Assembly: GCA_051362555.1 (NCBI GenBank)
Contig: CM120648.1
Span: 8,552,587 to 8,616,586 of the forward strand
DNA length: 64,000 bases
Reading direction: 5' to 3'
DNA from: Lingula anatina
Taxonomy: Eukaryota; Animalia; Brachiopoda
The notes beneath the pieces were generated by a model, which ran no database searches, had not been told where the DNA came from, and saw only the letters and a list, made by a program, of their open reading frames with translations. Shown piece after piece: positions 1-12,654 of the stretch. A program made the translations under genes and the position numbers. The stretch's first letter is position 1. Each line of letters opens with the position of its first letter.

Positions 1-1430
1 GCAGGATATGATAAAAATAATTTTGAACAGTACATCGTGAAAATTAAAAGAATGTTGCAACAATGGGAAAGGAGACCTTTGACGCCCATTGGCAAAATCA
101 CTGAACTGAAAACCCTTGTTGTATACCCATGTTAAACCACCTATTCATTTCCCTTCCCAATCCAGATGAAACATACATGAAAACATTAAACACAATGTTC
201 TTTCAATTTATATGGGACAAAAAGTCGGGTAAAAGTGAAAAGGAGTGTAATAACTGGTAACTATGAACAAGGTGGTCGTAAGATGTTAGATTTATTTGAC
301 TTTATTGCTTCTCTTAAATGTACTTGGATTAGAAGAATTAATTCATCAGACAGACAACATATTATGGTCCACTTCTCCAAGCTATTTTTGATCGAGATGT
401 AATAAGTTATATATTTGCTTTTGGGAACGCGTATTTAGACAAGCTTATTAAGGACTGTAGTAACTGTTTTTGGAAAGATGTTCTGGTTTCCTGGAAAGTA
501 GTGATAACACGCTTACTAGAAAGAAAAAGTATAATATCTGTGGAGCCGATTTGGTATAATGATAATTTTAAGATTGGAGGTAAGCCTATGTTTATAAGGA
601 ATTGGTTTAACAAAGGCGTTAAAATTGTTGGCGATTTTCTTGAAAATAACAGAATTTTAACAAAGGAAGAATTTGAACAAAAATTTAGCCTACAAAACTG
701 TGGTGAGCTTACATTTTACGGTATATGAAATTCTATTAAGCACAGGCTTATGAATAAAACACAAAACGATGTTCTTGAGATCACCTTTCATCCATTTTTG
801 CCTCAAGCAATAGAGCTTCTTATCAAACATAGTAAAGGCTGTACAGACTTTTATCAAACTCTCTACAAGCCAGCTACACGGATGAAAAACGAAAAAAAAA
901 TGGAACGCAAAATCAAATTTTGATATGCATTGGAAAGATGTCTATAAGAACTGTTTCGAAACAACAAAGAACACCAAACTGCAGTGGTTCCAATACCGCA
1001 TAATACATAGGCTCCTGCCTTTTAAATCATATTTAAAAACTATAGGGCTTGAGAACGATGACGTCTGGTCTCTTTGAAAATTTGGGAAGAACTGAAAGCT
1101 TACATCTTTCATAGAACGAATAAAAACATTACCTTTAATGAAAAATGCTTCCTTCTCGGCTATCCAACAAACCAAAACAGCCCAATTAATTTTGTTACTC
1201 TTCGTACGAAATTTTATATTTACAAAAGTTTCAAAAAGAAAGAATGTATGCGCCTTTCTTCACTCATAAATTACATAAAGGATCAATTTATAATAGAAAG
1301 ATTCAATGCATTAAAAAAGCTAAATTTAACAAACTTTGAAAAAAATGGGAAAATTGGTCAGACATGTTTGAATTTAATTAGTATTCATCTGTTTCAGCAA
1401 AATAATATATTGCACTTTTGTCTTGTTTAA
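1..1430 (+). mobile_element. Decayed L1/Tx1-clade non-LTR retrotransposon, 3' part of ORF2 (post-RT region plus zf-RVT-like segment), frameshifted
   Basis: Frame-hopping translation gives KIKRMLQQWERRPLTPIGKITELKTL, LNHLFISLPNP...FFQFIWDKK, GNYEQGGRKMLDL...SLKCTWIRR, EPIWYNDNFKIGGK..F.RNWFNKGV, CFETTKNTKLQWFQYRIIHRLLP and IWEELKAYI. These are characteristic of the Tx1/L1 ORF2 C-terminal half. Multiple stops and frameshifts. Confidence 0.9.
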
Positions 1431-1724
1431 TAATCTATTGTATGTTTGATTGAATACATTGTGGTATCGATCTTTATTATTATTATTATTTTTTTATTTT
1501 TACATCTATTGTTCGTGAGATTATATACGTATATTCGTGTGTGTGTAAGAGAGAGAGTGAGTGTGCATTAACCATACTTAGGTATATGTACATTCCTGTC
1601 CTGAAATTTTTCAATTAAAAAAAAATTATTCCAAAAAAAAAAGGAAAGGAGCAGTATGACAGCCTGTACACGTTGAGGTAGATTTGTTTGATAGAATATG
1701 AAAGTCAGAATGGTTTTCTTCCAG

Positions 1725-2360
1725 GCATCTTGCGATGATGATGATGATGATGATGATGAGAGCCAATGCCAGTCAGTGATTTCATCCTTGTTTAACGTGG
1801 AGTTTCCTTTCCAAGTGGCTGTCATCGCCAACGCTGCTTTGAAAGCTTCGGCCTACCGTGGTGTTTGCGCAGCTGTTTATATACATGCTAACAGCGTATT
1901 TGTTACGGATCCACCTCTTTACACTTTGGCTCATACACCATGGCATTTCAGTCGTGGCAATGGCATGAATTGCACGGAGATGGCAGAAACACAAAATGGA
2001 CAAAACACGACCCACAGCGTTGTAGCAATTTGGTCCATGGGGATTCACTTGCGGGAAGATATCCAGCAGTACAGCGAGGGTCTCAAGAGGCTCGAATCTT
2101 TCAAAGAAGAAGTTAACAGAGAGCTGCTCGCCAGGGACGAAAAGGTTACGTATGGCGGCAAGACGTATCAACTTCGTGTTTTGCTTAATGAAGGTTTGCA
2201 TTGCGCAAACGTCACAACAAGGAATGGTTCCAAGATCATGACTCCAACGGCAACCAATCCAGGAGATGTCCCACGTTCTCGAGGGGAGGTTGCTTTCGCA
2301 CCACCGACACATGCATTTTTATTTGTGGCATTTTGGTTTCAACATTACCATGAGCATTAA
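1725..2360 (+). CDS. Probable terminal coding exon of an unidentified gene extending upstream of the window (possible secreted/GPI-anchored protein)
   Basis: Longest ORF in the window (220 aa), visibly GC-richer than its flanks. A pyrimidine-rich acceptor (ttttcttccag, ending 1724) lies in frame. The protein has 4 N-glycosylation sequons (NCT, NTT, NVT, NGS), several Cys and a hydrophobic C-terminus (AFLFVAFWF). No family recognised. Confidence 0.4.
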   Translation, partial: ASCDDDDDDDDESQCQSVISSLFNVEFPFQVAVIANAALKASAYRGVCAAVYIHANSVFVTDPPLYTLAHTPWHFSRGNGMNCTEMAETQNGQNTTHSVVAIWSMGIHLREDIQQYSEGLKRLESFKEEVNRELLARDEKVTYGGKTYQLRVLLNEGLHCANVTTRNGSKIMTPTATNPGDVPRSRGEVAFAPPTHAFLFVAFWFQHYHEH

Positions 2361-2963
2361 GTGTGAACTACGCTTCACAGACAGCACCAAAGCCGCAGTC
2401 TTTAAACACTTCAATGTGCATTGTTTAATTTTGTCTCCGAATGATAATTGCATTATGAAGATAATCTTGATAAGAACGGAGTATACATAATGTTTATTTG
2501 ATTTATTTGATTATTTGGTCGGTCAGCTCCAAAATGCGATTGTAAATTCTTGTTAAGGGGATCAGGACGTCGTTATAAATTTGGCAAAATGGCTTTTTTG
2601 TTTCTTATATGTAAAACAATTACCTTAATATTATTGCAACAAAACACGTTAAGAGTACTGTTAGAACGATTTTATTTATCCAGTTTACCGGTCTCTATGT
2701 TCTGTAATATTTACACCTTTAATGTTATGGTTTAGAGCTAGCATGGACACCTCATGAAGCATGGACACCTGAAAAACTTAATATAGTTAGATCACACCAT
2801 CTCCAAGCATTCGAAAGATAAACGTTATGTTAGAAAGTAAATTCCACAGAAACCTTCCACAGAACTTGTTACACTGCAGCGTGAAGTATCAAACTATGAT
2901 AAATCCTGTATAAGTTACTATGAAAGTTATATCAAGGTGTAGATATTAGTGTAAGCTTCTCGT

Positions 2964-3680
2964 AAGCACAGAAGAAATGCTAAATCAGAGAAAAACACTG
3001 TTTTGCCTTATCACCGTGTTCTCATATCTATTCAAGAAGCAGAGAAGAAAGGCTAAATCAGAGAAAAACACTGTTTTGCCTTATCACCGTGTTCTCATAT
3101 TTATTCAAGAAGCAGAGAAGAAAGGCTAAATCAGAGAAAAACACTGTTTTGCCTTATCACCGTGTTCTCATATTTATTCAAGAAGCAGAGAAGAAAGGCT
3201 AAATCGGAGAAAAACACTGTTTTGCCTTATCACCGTGTTCTCATATTTATTCAAGAAACAGAGAAGAAAGGCTAAATCGGAGAAAAACACTGTTTTGCCT
3301 TTTCACCGTGTTCTCATATCTATTCAAGAAGCAGAGAAGAAAGGCTAAATCGGAGAAAAACACTGTTTTGCCTTATCACCGTGTTCTCATATCTATTCAA
3401 GAAGCAGAGAAGAAAGGCTAAATCGGAGAAAAACACTGTTTTGCCTTTTCACCGTGTTCTCATATCTATTCAAGAAGCAGAGAAGAAAGGCTAAATCGGA
3501 GAAAAACACTGTTTTGCCTTATCACCGTGTTCTCATATTTATTCAAGAAGCAGAGAAGAAGGCCAAATCGGAGAAAAACACCGTTTTGCCTTTTCACCGT
3601 GTTCTCATATCTATTCAAGTAGCAGAGAAGAAAGGCTAAATCGGAGAAAAACACTGTTTTGCCTATTATGGCCGTGTTCT
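2964..3680. repeat. 73-bp minisatellite, about 9.5 near-identical copies
   Basis: Unit gctaaatc(a/g)gagaaaaacactgttttgcctt(a/t)tcaccgtgttctcatat(c/t)tattcaagaagcagagaagaaag starts at 2979, 3052, 3125, 3198, 3271, 3344, 3417, 3490, 3562 and 3635. Confidence 0.95.
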
Positions 3681-5608
3681 AGATTATTCCAGAGAATATG
3701 TGTAAAGAAATCATTTAAAGGAAAGAATAAAGCACCATATTTAACCGGACTCTGGACTCGGTTGATCAATTACGTTTTACCCTTGTGAACAACAACTAAA
3801 TCGCGGTAATAGTCCGAAGTCTCTTTTCGTTGCGTTATTCATCACTTAACTCGCTTTACGGGGTTCGACTGGGTGCCCAACCGTTAATTTTCCATTTAGC
3901 TGCTTTGTAAATTTGGGTGAGGTAGCAATCGCTTTTCGACGAAACTCCATTACTCGGCAAGCTATTCTCATGCAAACTGGCCTGGTTGACGACCACGGTG
4001 GCAGCATTTTAGAATAAGATAGGAGAAAAACATTGAAAGTGCGAAATTACAATCTCATCTTGATATTACCCAGGATACTAAAAAGGCTTAATGGAGGAAA
4101 TAATACCAATCTAATTCACTGGAGACTGTAAAAACTGACATAATTAAAACTATCAAGACAATTTGACGATATATATTCAAACAAGAGGAAAGGGGCTTTA
4201 ATACAGATGTTTCTCAAGACATTTAGTATGGTTAAGCGCCGTCAATTTCGCTTCCGTTCTTTCTTTCTTCAACACAGTTACTTCAGTTTCCGAAGCAAGG
4301 CGCTGGGCGATAAACACCACATTTTACGTATTTAATATGAAGGCGCTTTCAGTTCAGTGGAAAATAATAAATAAGATTGCTAAATAACCGAGAAAAATAT
4401 TTTCCACCACGAAGATTACGAACCAACACTGCAGCAAAAAACCTTTGAAGACCAGTAAGGTGTCTATTATCCATTTTATTTCTCTCTTTCTTAAGAACTG
4501 AACCCATTAATAAATAGCCAACAGGAAAAATTACAACCTTAATACATTAACATGATTGGAGAATACTGAAAGCTGTCACTGAGGGTTACAGGGTCTCAGG
4601 GAGTGAAAATAGCAAAAAAGTCTGCGTCCCACCCCTTACTTGTCCACAACTTTCTACCACTACGTAGTGCTGGCGTCCATACAAAGTCCCCACATGGACT
4701 GCTAAACGTTACACAAGCATATCTACCCAGAACATGACCATTTGTCTACTAATCAACAAATAATAGGAACCAGTTTATCCCGGATAATGTTAAATTTATC
4801 ACAAGGGCTCTGTAAAGCTACAGAAATCTTCATTAAGACAAAATAGCCCCCCTTCTGCTAAATTTAAGCACATAAAAGTACCCCCTTTTCTCTAAAAATA
4901 CAGAAAAATTTGTTTCTTATTTATGTTAATTTACAATAGTTAAAATGGCCATACAAAAACAAGCAAATCTTCGTACAGTGCAACAAACAACACAAAGCCA
5001 AAAAAATTCGAAAAGTGAAGAAAAGCTAAGCGCAAATGAGAAATCAATCTCAACTACAAGTTTAAAACGCAGAAAAAATCTACCTTGCAAAATCTTTCTT
5101 CTTAGCTTTATTGTACCTGGAATGTTACAATTGTGTCTACGTGTCGGCTTCTCCAAGACAGTCGCCATTCAGGCAATTGTGTCAGATGTGACAGAGCGCA
5201 ATCAGTCACTGATGCAGAAAAAACATTCTGACTAATGATCATTTGCAAAAGGTGTAAAAGCACAGTCAAGTGCTTTGCGGATAGGGCAGCATCAGCCTCT
5301 GATGTTTGTGTTTTATACAAATATATACTCTCTTTAATAAAATAAAATGTACACTGTGCTACCTGTACAAACAATTTTTATGTCAGTAGTGAATCACTCG
5401 ATTGTCCATGGAGCCTATCCATTCCAGCATAGAGGAAGAGCACTTTTTTCATTAACACTCATGGTTTTTAAAAACAAGAAGCTACCACGAGTTGAAACCA
5501 AGAGTCTTGCACGTAACATGTTCGTAGCTCAATTTTGCTTTAATATTCACCCCATTTTGGGGAATTGTGCTTGCTTTGAAAACATTTCAGAAACATGGAA
5601 AGCTTTTC

Positions 5609-5643
<35 letters not shown>

Positions 5644-5773
5644 ACCCCCAGATAACGAAACTACTGACATTATAACCGCAAGAGAGAGAAACAGCAGGGA
5701 AGTGAACAAGAACAATGAAATTCAAACAACATTGTACAAGATACAGAAGTTGCCTCCTCTCGACTTCAACCTT

Positions 5774-5896
5774 TCACATTGGTAGTAAGTGATCATCTAT
5801 ATCCTGTTCATCGTCCCCTAGCTGGTCATCGCCAATCCCTTTGTACGCCCTTGAACTAAATCTCTGGCCTGAACGGCAGACGAGGTCACAGCCATC
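5774..5896 (-). CDS. M6PR: M6PR exon 6 (palmitoylated Cys pair, YxxPhi motif, acidic dileucine DxxLL)
   Basis: [40 protein letters not shown]; the DDHLLPM terminus is identical to vertebrate CD-MPR. Confidence 0.96.
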   Translation of the reverse strand, partial: DGCDLVCRSGQRFSSRAYKGIGDDQLGDDEQDIDDHLLPM

Positions 5897-8800
5897 CTAG
5901 AACAGAGGGTAAAACTAGCCTAAGGTCTGGATGTAATAAAGCCTCTGAGGAATATTGCTCAATATTAGAAAATTAAATCTAAGACACACAGACTTGCTAC
6001 GATAATACTAATAATAATAACAATAATAATAAATAGTCCATAGCAGAATAAGAGGATACCTATTCGTAGATGAATACAACCACTGAGGCACCCTCAATGG
6101 TTTTTCTTCTTTTTTTTCTTCTCCATATTACAATAAGTTTAGAACTGATACCAGTACTTACTATTACAGCAATGTATTTAGTATTTACACTCTCTCACGT
6201 TTAATTCCAAAAGAACTTTGCATATGAGAGAGAGAGAGAGAGACTCAGAAAGAGAGAGGGTTTGAGAATGTGTGAATGAATGCATGTGTACATGCTCACT
6301 AGCTTGCACATGTGCATGTGTCTGAGCACCCCAAGGCAGGTGCACACTTACTGCTTGTAAATTGCCAAAATCTTGCCAGAATGCATAGTTTGGAATCTGC
6401 TCCATGCCCTTAGCACCCCGCACAAACCTCTGGTATAATAAGCCCACTATGCAGTACAAGGCCATAAGAGAGATAAATCTGAAATTAAATCAAGTCAGTT
6501 TACTATCTTGGATAATATTTGTGTCCACTGAAGGTATATCTATACATATTATTTAACATAAAATGCCACTATGTTCACCAAAGCGACAAAACAAGCAGTT
6601 TGATAACCATAAATTCAAGTGTCTTGTGGGTTCAATAATTAAGCCCCCCCCTCCACTTCTCAATATCTTCATGCCAGTGCCAAGCCTTTATCATACTAAC
6701 ATTATGATGATGACAGATCCAGCACTTAGTCCCTGCAGTAGCTGGAACGACGGAACCTCTGTGCACACGGCGCTGTGGGAGTATTCAAACAGGTAATAAC
6801 ACTCATCTGTCTTCTGGTTATTTTCTTCTACCACTTTACCATGACCCTGAAAAGGAAAAGACTAAAGGTCATATTTAACATTCCTCTTCCTTTGATGAAC
6901 TAATATAGAATACAACAGGATTTGGCATGAGTGAGTTGGAGTGGGCAGTTCTGCCTAGTCCACCCATGTGTTTGCATGCATGATTGTGCATGTGTGTGCA
7001 CAAATGCCTATGTATGCATGTTGACAGTAGATTTTTACACGACAAACAGGTGTATGCACAGCCTTCAAATAATTATGACAATTAACAACAGGATGACTAG
7101 TCAATTATGCAACTCAGGGCCGGATCCAGAAATATTTTCTGACAGTATTCCAAATTATCTTTGTTACCATCCTCCATTTTTGACCGTCTTCCGACAGAAA
7201 AAAATAGATACCTGTCAATGTAAACTTGAAAATCTGACCGTCTTCCAGAAGACGGCCTGAATCCGCCCCTGCAACTGCCTTTCAGTTAGCTGTGTGAAAT
7301 ATCAACACTGGACAATGCACATGCATCCCCCAACCCTGCCCCTAGTCTATGCCCCCTTTTTGCAGGGAAACTGACAATGTTGATAGAACATGTTTGCATG
7401 GAAACAACTTAAAAGAATACATGTATATTAATCATTCAATAAAATAACCACCTCACTATCATTAGGATCACAGACAATCATGATGATAGCTTTTTTGTTC
7501 TCGTGTGTACAGTGGGTGCCGTAGTTTTCTCCCCCGCGATATTCTAGAGATATCCAGTCAGCTAGTAATGAAAGAAAACCAGATTATACAATATATTTTT
7601 GAAATCAATATTGCTTCAGGTATTTTATTTTTATTGAAAAAATAATATATTCCACTCATATATGTTATCTAAAAAAAATTTAAAAAAATAAATAAATAAA
7701 TACAAAGATAAAATCCTAAATGTCTTATCAAAACCTTCACTAGATCCACGATTAAATGAAAAACACACTTATGCCAAAGGTAGTCAATGTTTAATGAAAA
7801 AAAAATTCCCACTAGAAATTTTTTCAAACCTTTAAAAGAGAAAAAGAATAAAATCCTTTATATTTTACCAAAACTTACATACGACCCATGGATGAATGAA
7901 AAACATAAAATACTTACTACCACCAGTTAAATGCGAGTCATTGTAAAATCCAATCCTGTGTTTATGTTTATCTTTCACCTTTACTTGGACTACTCCTACA
8001 TTATCCATAGCGTCATCATCTGCTTTAGTACAGATTCCAATCTTGTATTCATATTCCCCTTTATCGTCTTTATCTACAAATCTAAAGGAAAACTGATATA
8101 AAGAAAAATGTAAAATTGATATAAATGACTAAGACCCCATTCCCACAGATTTTAGATCGATCTATCCCTGTGGGGAGTCTTACTGTCTGCTTAAATGTCT
8201 GTCCCGCTTACTAAAAGCTGTAAGGGGGTAATTAACTACCGTGCGCGCTCAGCTGACATTTTAGCGTGAACCTACAGGGAGTTAGGTCTATCCGGATGGA
8301 TCGATCTTAATCTCTGGGAATGCACTCATAGAGAAAGGTCTCAGTTGCCATATCTGACACTCATTAAGGCTACTAATAAGGTCAGCCCTGAAGAGTGGTC
8401 TGGACCCCCCTCCCCCCCCCCCCCCCCAAAAAAAAAAAAAAAGGTTGGGTTGCTTCATCACTTTTCATATAACGACAAAATGATATGTTTGTTTTACCTT
8501 AGGAAGGCATCATTACACCCTGTGTTAAAAACTCCCAAGGCTACATGTACAGTAACACCGCCGACAAATAGAGAGAAGGACCCCAATTTCACACACACAC
8601 ACACACACATACTTGTCTATGTGTACCAACCGAGGACATCAGCACAACACCATACAACCGAGGACATCTTATTCCTTGGTTAAATCAAAATAAAAACATT
8701 CAATTTGGGTAAAATCTATTCGAGTATGAATGTTATAAATTAATTTTTTATAAAAACTAATTTTTTGCTGACAAGAATTTTACATTCTAACCGAGGACAC

Positions 8801-11800
8801 ACACGGACACACACACGGACAGACACTACACATTACAACCGAGGACATGCATGCATCTACATGTAATAATGATTGTACTTTTAATGCAAAGCAAATTTTA
8901 TATAGCGTTACTTTGCAGCAACTCACATTTTTATGAAATTCTTTCATATTTAAGGTAAATTCCAAAATAACACCAGAGGTGATGATTAAATGAACAGTTA
9001 TACAATATTTAATGCTGGGCTTTGCCACTTTTTTAGAATTGAAGATTATCAGATAAAACATCAATTAATTTAGGAAAAGAAAGGATACTGATGAAATAAA
9101 ATAAAAGACCAAAGAAATTCGTTTTCAAACATTTTATTTTCATAATGCTTATTTTCTATTTAGCACTCTTTTATTATCATGAATTTTGTATTTTGATAAC
9201 ACAAAGTGTCGTCCATTGGATACAGACTTGAACAGTACACAATTTTACAATTGAGGACATCATGCCAGCAGCACCCAAAATTGTGCTTTCTTCCAATTTG
9301 ATGCAATATTATATAATGCTTAACAGCATAATGATCATCAATTTTTTATAATAAAATATTAGTATCATGAATATTCAGAAAATGTGACTAGCAAAGGTTT
9401 TCAGGTTCATGGAACTCCAAAGTCATACTTTGAAAATGCTAAATGTATACAAGAGAGCACTGTACTGAAATGGGTTTCTTTCCATTTTTAACTTTTTTAC
9501 ATAAAATAATACAGTTTACTGCCATTTCACATGATCAACTAAGAAAATTGTTGAGATGGCAAAAATATCAATATAACAAGTTTAAATGTCCAATTTCCTC
9601 CATTCCGAACATTGTGAATGATTGAATCTGACAAACTACAATGATACGAGTTCATTTCCATTTTGGCACTTTTTTACACAATACAAGATAACAGGTTTAC
9701 CACCATTTTTATATAATCAACTAGCAACATTGTCAAGACGCAGAAATTGTCAAACAACCCATTTTACATATCTAGTAAATTCAATAATGAGACTGTTTAC
9801 ATGCCTGACAATCAAATCTGAGGAAAACCACTTATATACAAATAAAAGCTGAAGTCCCTCAAAACTCAACCAATCAATCTTATATTTAAATTTGATTTGT
9901 ATATAGATAACATTGATCACTCTTGTGAGTTTAATGACAACAGGCCTATCGGTTCTCCCTGAAATGTGCTTACAGTGTTACTAATATGCTTTTACTAATA
10001 ATCATCAGTTCTGTGAGTTTCATGAAAACAGGCTTTAAGTTATTGGTTCTCCCTGAAATGTGCTTACAGTGTTACATATATGCTGAAAAAAAAAAAAAAA
10101 AAAAAAAAAACAGCATAACATTTGAAAGAAAAGGGCCTGGTCTTGCTGATTTTCAATCTTGACCATTCTTTTACTAATAATCATCATTTCTGTGAGTTTC
10201 ATGAAAACAGGCTTATTGGTTCTCCTTGAAATATGTTAACAGTGTTGCATGTACACTGAAAAAAGGAGAAAAAATGCAAAACTTTTGAAAATAATCACCC
10301 CATTTCCTCCATTTTAGGACACTGTATTACACAGTACATGATAACATGTTTACCGTCATATTTATATAATCAACTAGCAATGTTGTAAATATGCAGACAA
10401 TTTCAGAGAAACACTAACATATTTACATATCTAGTTAATTCAATAACGAAACTGTCAACATGCCTGACAATCAAATCTGAGGAAAACCACTTATATACAA
10501 ATAAAAGCTGAAGTCCCTCAGAACTCAACCAATCTATCTTATTTTTAAATTTGATTTGTATATAGATAACATTGATCACTCTTGTGAGTTTAATGACACC
10601 AGGCCTATCGGTTCTCCCTGAAATGTGCTTACAGTGTTACTTATATGCTGAAAAAAACCAGCATAAAATTTGAAAGAAAAGGGCCTGGTCATGCTGATTT
10701 TCAATCTTGACCATTCTTTTACTCATAATAATCAGTTCTGTGAGTTTCATGAAAACAGGCTTTAAGTTATTGGTTCTTCCTGAAATGTGCTTACAGTGTT
10801 ACTTATATGCTTAAAAAAACAGCATAACATTTGAAAGAAAAGGGCCTGGTCATGCTGATTTTCAATGTTGACCATTCTTTTACTAATAATCATCAGTTCT
10901 GTGAGTTTCATGAAAACAGGCTTATTGGTTCTCCTTGAAATGTGCTTACAGTGTTACATATATGCTGAAAAAAAACCAGCATAATATTTGAAAGAAAAGG
11001 GCCTGGTCATGCTGATTTTCAATCTTGATCATTCTTTTTAATTTACTAAATTGATTTGTATATAGATAACATTGATCACTCTTGTGAGTTTAATGACACC
11101 AGGCCTATCGGTTCTCCCTGAAATGTGCTTACAGTGTTACTTATATGCTGAAAAAAAACCAGCATAACATTTGAAAGAAAAGGGCCTGGTCATGCTGATT
11201 TTCAATCTTGATCATTCTTTTTAATTTACTAATAATCATCAGTTCTCTGAGTTTCATGAAAACAGGCCTATTGGTTCTCCTTGAAGTGTGTTTACAGTGT
11301 TGCATGTACACTGAAAAAAGGAGAAAAAAAAAAGCAAAACTTTTGAAAATAATCACCCCATTTCCTCCATTTTGAGACACTGTATTACACAGTACATGAT
11401 AACATGTTTACCGTCATATTTATTTAATCAACTAGCAATGTTGTAAAGATGCAGAAAATTTCAGACAAACACTAACATATTTACATATCTAGTTAGTTCA
11501 ATAACGAAACTGTCAACATGCCTGACAATCAAATCTGAGGAAAACCACTTATATACAAATAAAAGCTGAAGTCCCTCAAAACTCAACCAATCAATCTTAT
11601 TTTTAAACTTGATTTGTATATAGATAACATTGATTACTCCTGTGAGTTTCATGAAAACAGGCTTATTGGTTCTCCCTGAAATGTGCTTACAGTGTTACTT
11701 ATATGCTGAAAAAAAAACAAAAAAAAAAACAGCATAACATTTGAAAGAAAAGGGCCTGGTCATGCTGATTTTCAATCTTGACCATTCTTTTACTTATAAT

Positions 11801-12561
11801 CATCAGTTCTGTGAGTTTTATGAAAAGCCTACTCTGAAGTATCGAATAAAAGTACTGATGGAATAAAAGTACTGGGTGGAAAAAATCTCAAAATTTAATA
11901 AAAGTACTGATGGAATAAAAGTACTGCGTGGAAAAAATCTCGAAATTTAATAAAAGTACTGGATGGAATAAAAGTACTGGGTGGAAAAAATCTTTACACC
12001 GCTCCCCCCCCCCCCCCCCCCAAAAAAAATGAAATAAATAAATAAAAGTAAAGAAGAAGAAGAGAAAGAAACAAGGCAGCAAAGCTGTCAAATGTACAGA
12101 CAAAAACCAGAAAATAAAAACGCAGGAAATAGGATACTGTCAATTCTGATGAACTAATGTATTATGCTAACTGTAAATGCATAGCCAAAATCAAATTCTT
12201 ATTCTGCATAACATTGGATTAGGATGAAAGTAAAATGTGTATCAAGCATTAGACTAAGTTCCCATACCTAGATCAATCTAACAGGATCAATCCAACTCCA
12301 AGGGGTTTCTCACTAAATTGCTTTCAGTTTGAGAGTCTTAGGATTCTGGCATGCCAGTTTCAATAGGCGTGACAGACAACTAAGCCACTTACATTGATTG
12401 CAATTTAGCGAGAATTCCCATGGAGATAGATCGATCCACAGTTAGCGTGATAGGGTCTGGAAATAGTCCCTAAGGTGTCAGGCTGATAAGAGTTAAACTT
12501 TGGAAATGCCAGAATGAGGTACAGTGAAAATTAAACACAAAAAAAATTGCTTAAACTCATT

Positions 12562-12654
<93 letters not shown>

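Noticed and set aside
1782-2312. 176-aa minus-strand ORF
   Set aside because: Antisense shadow of the longer plus-strand ORF; no recognisable features.
2964-3680. CRISPR-like regular array
   Set aside because: Whole 73-bp units are near-identical with no unique spacers, there are no cas genes, and the context is eukaryotic.
8628-8850. AACCGAGGAC repeats with variable spacers as a CRISPR array
   Set aside because: The repeat is only 10 bp, spacing is irregular and orientation is mixed; better explained as transposon subterminal motifs.
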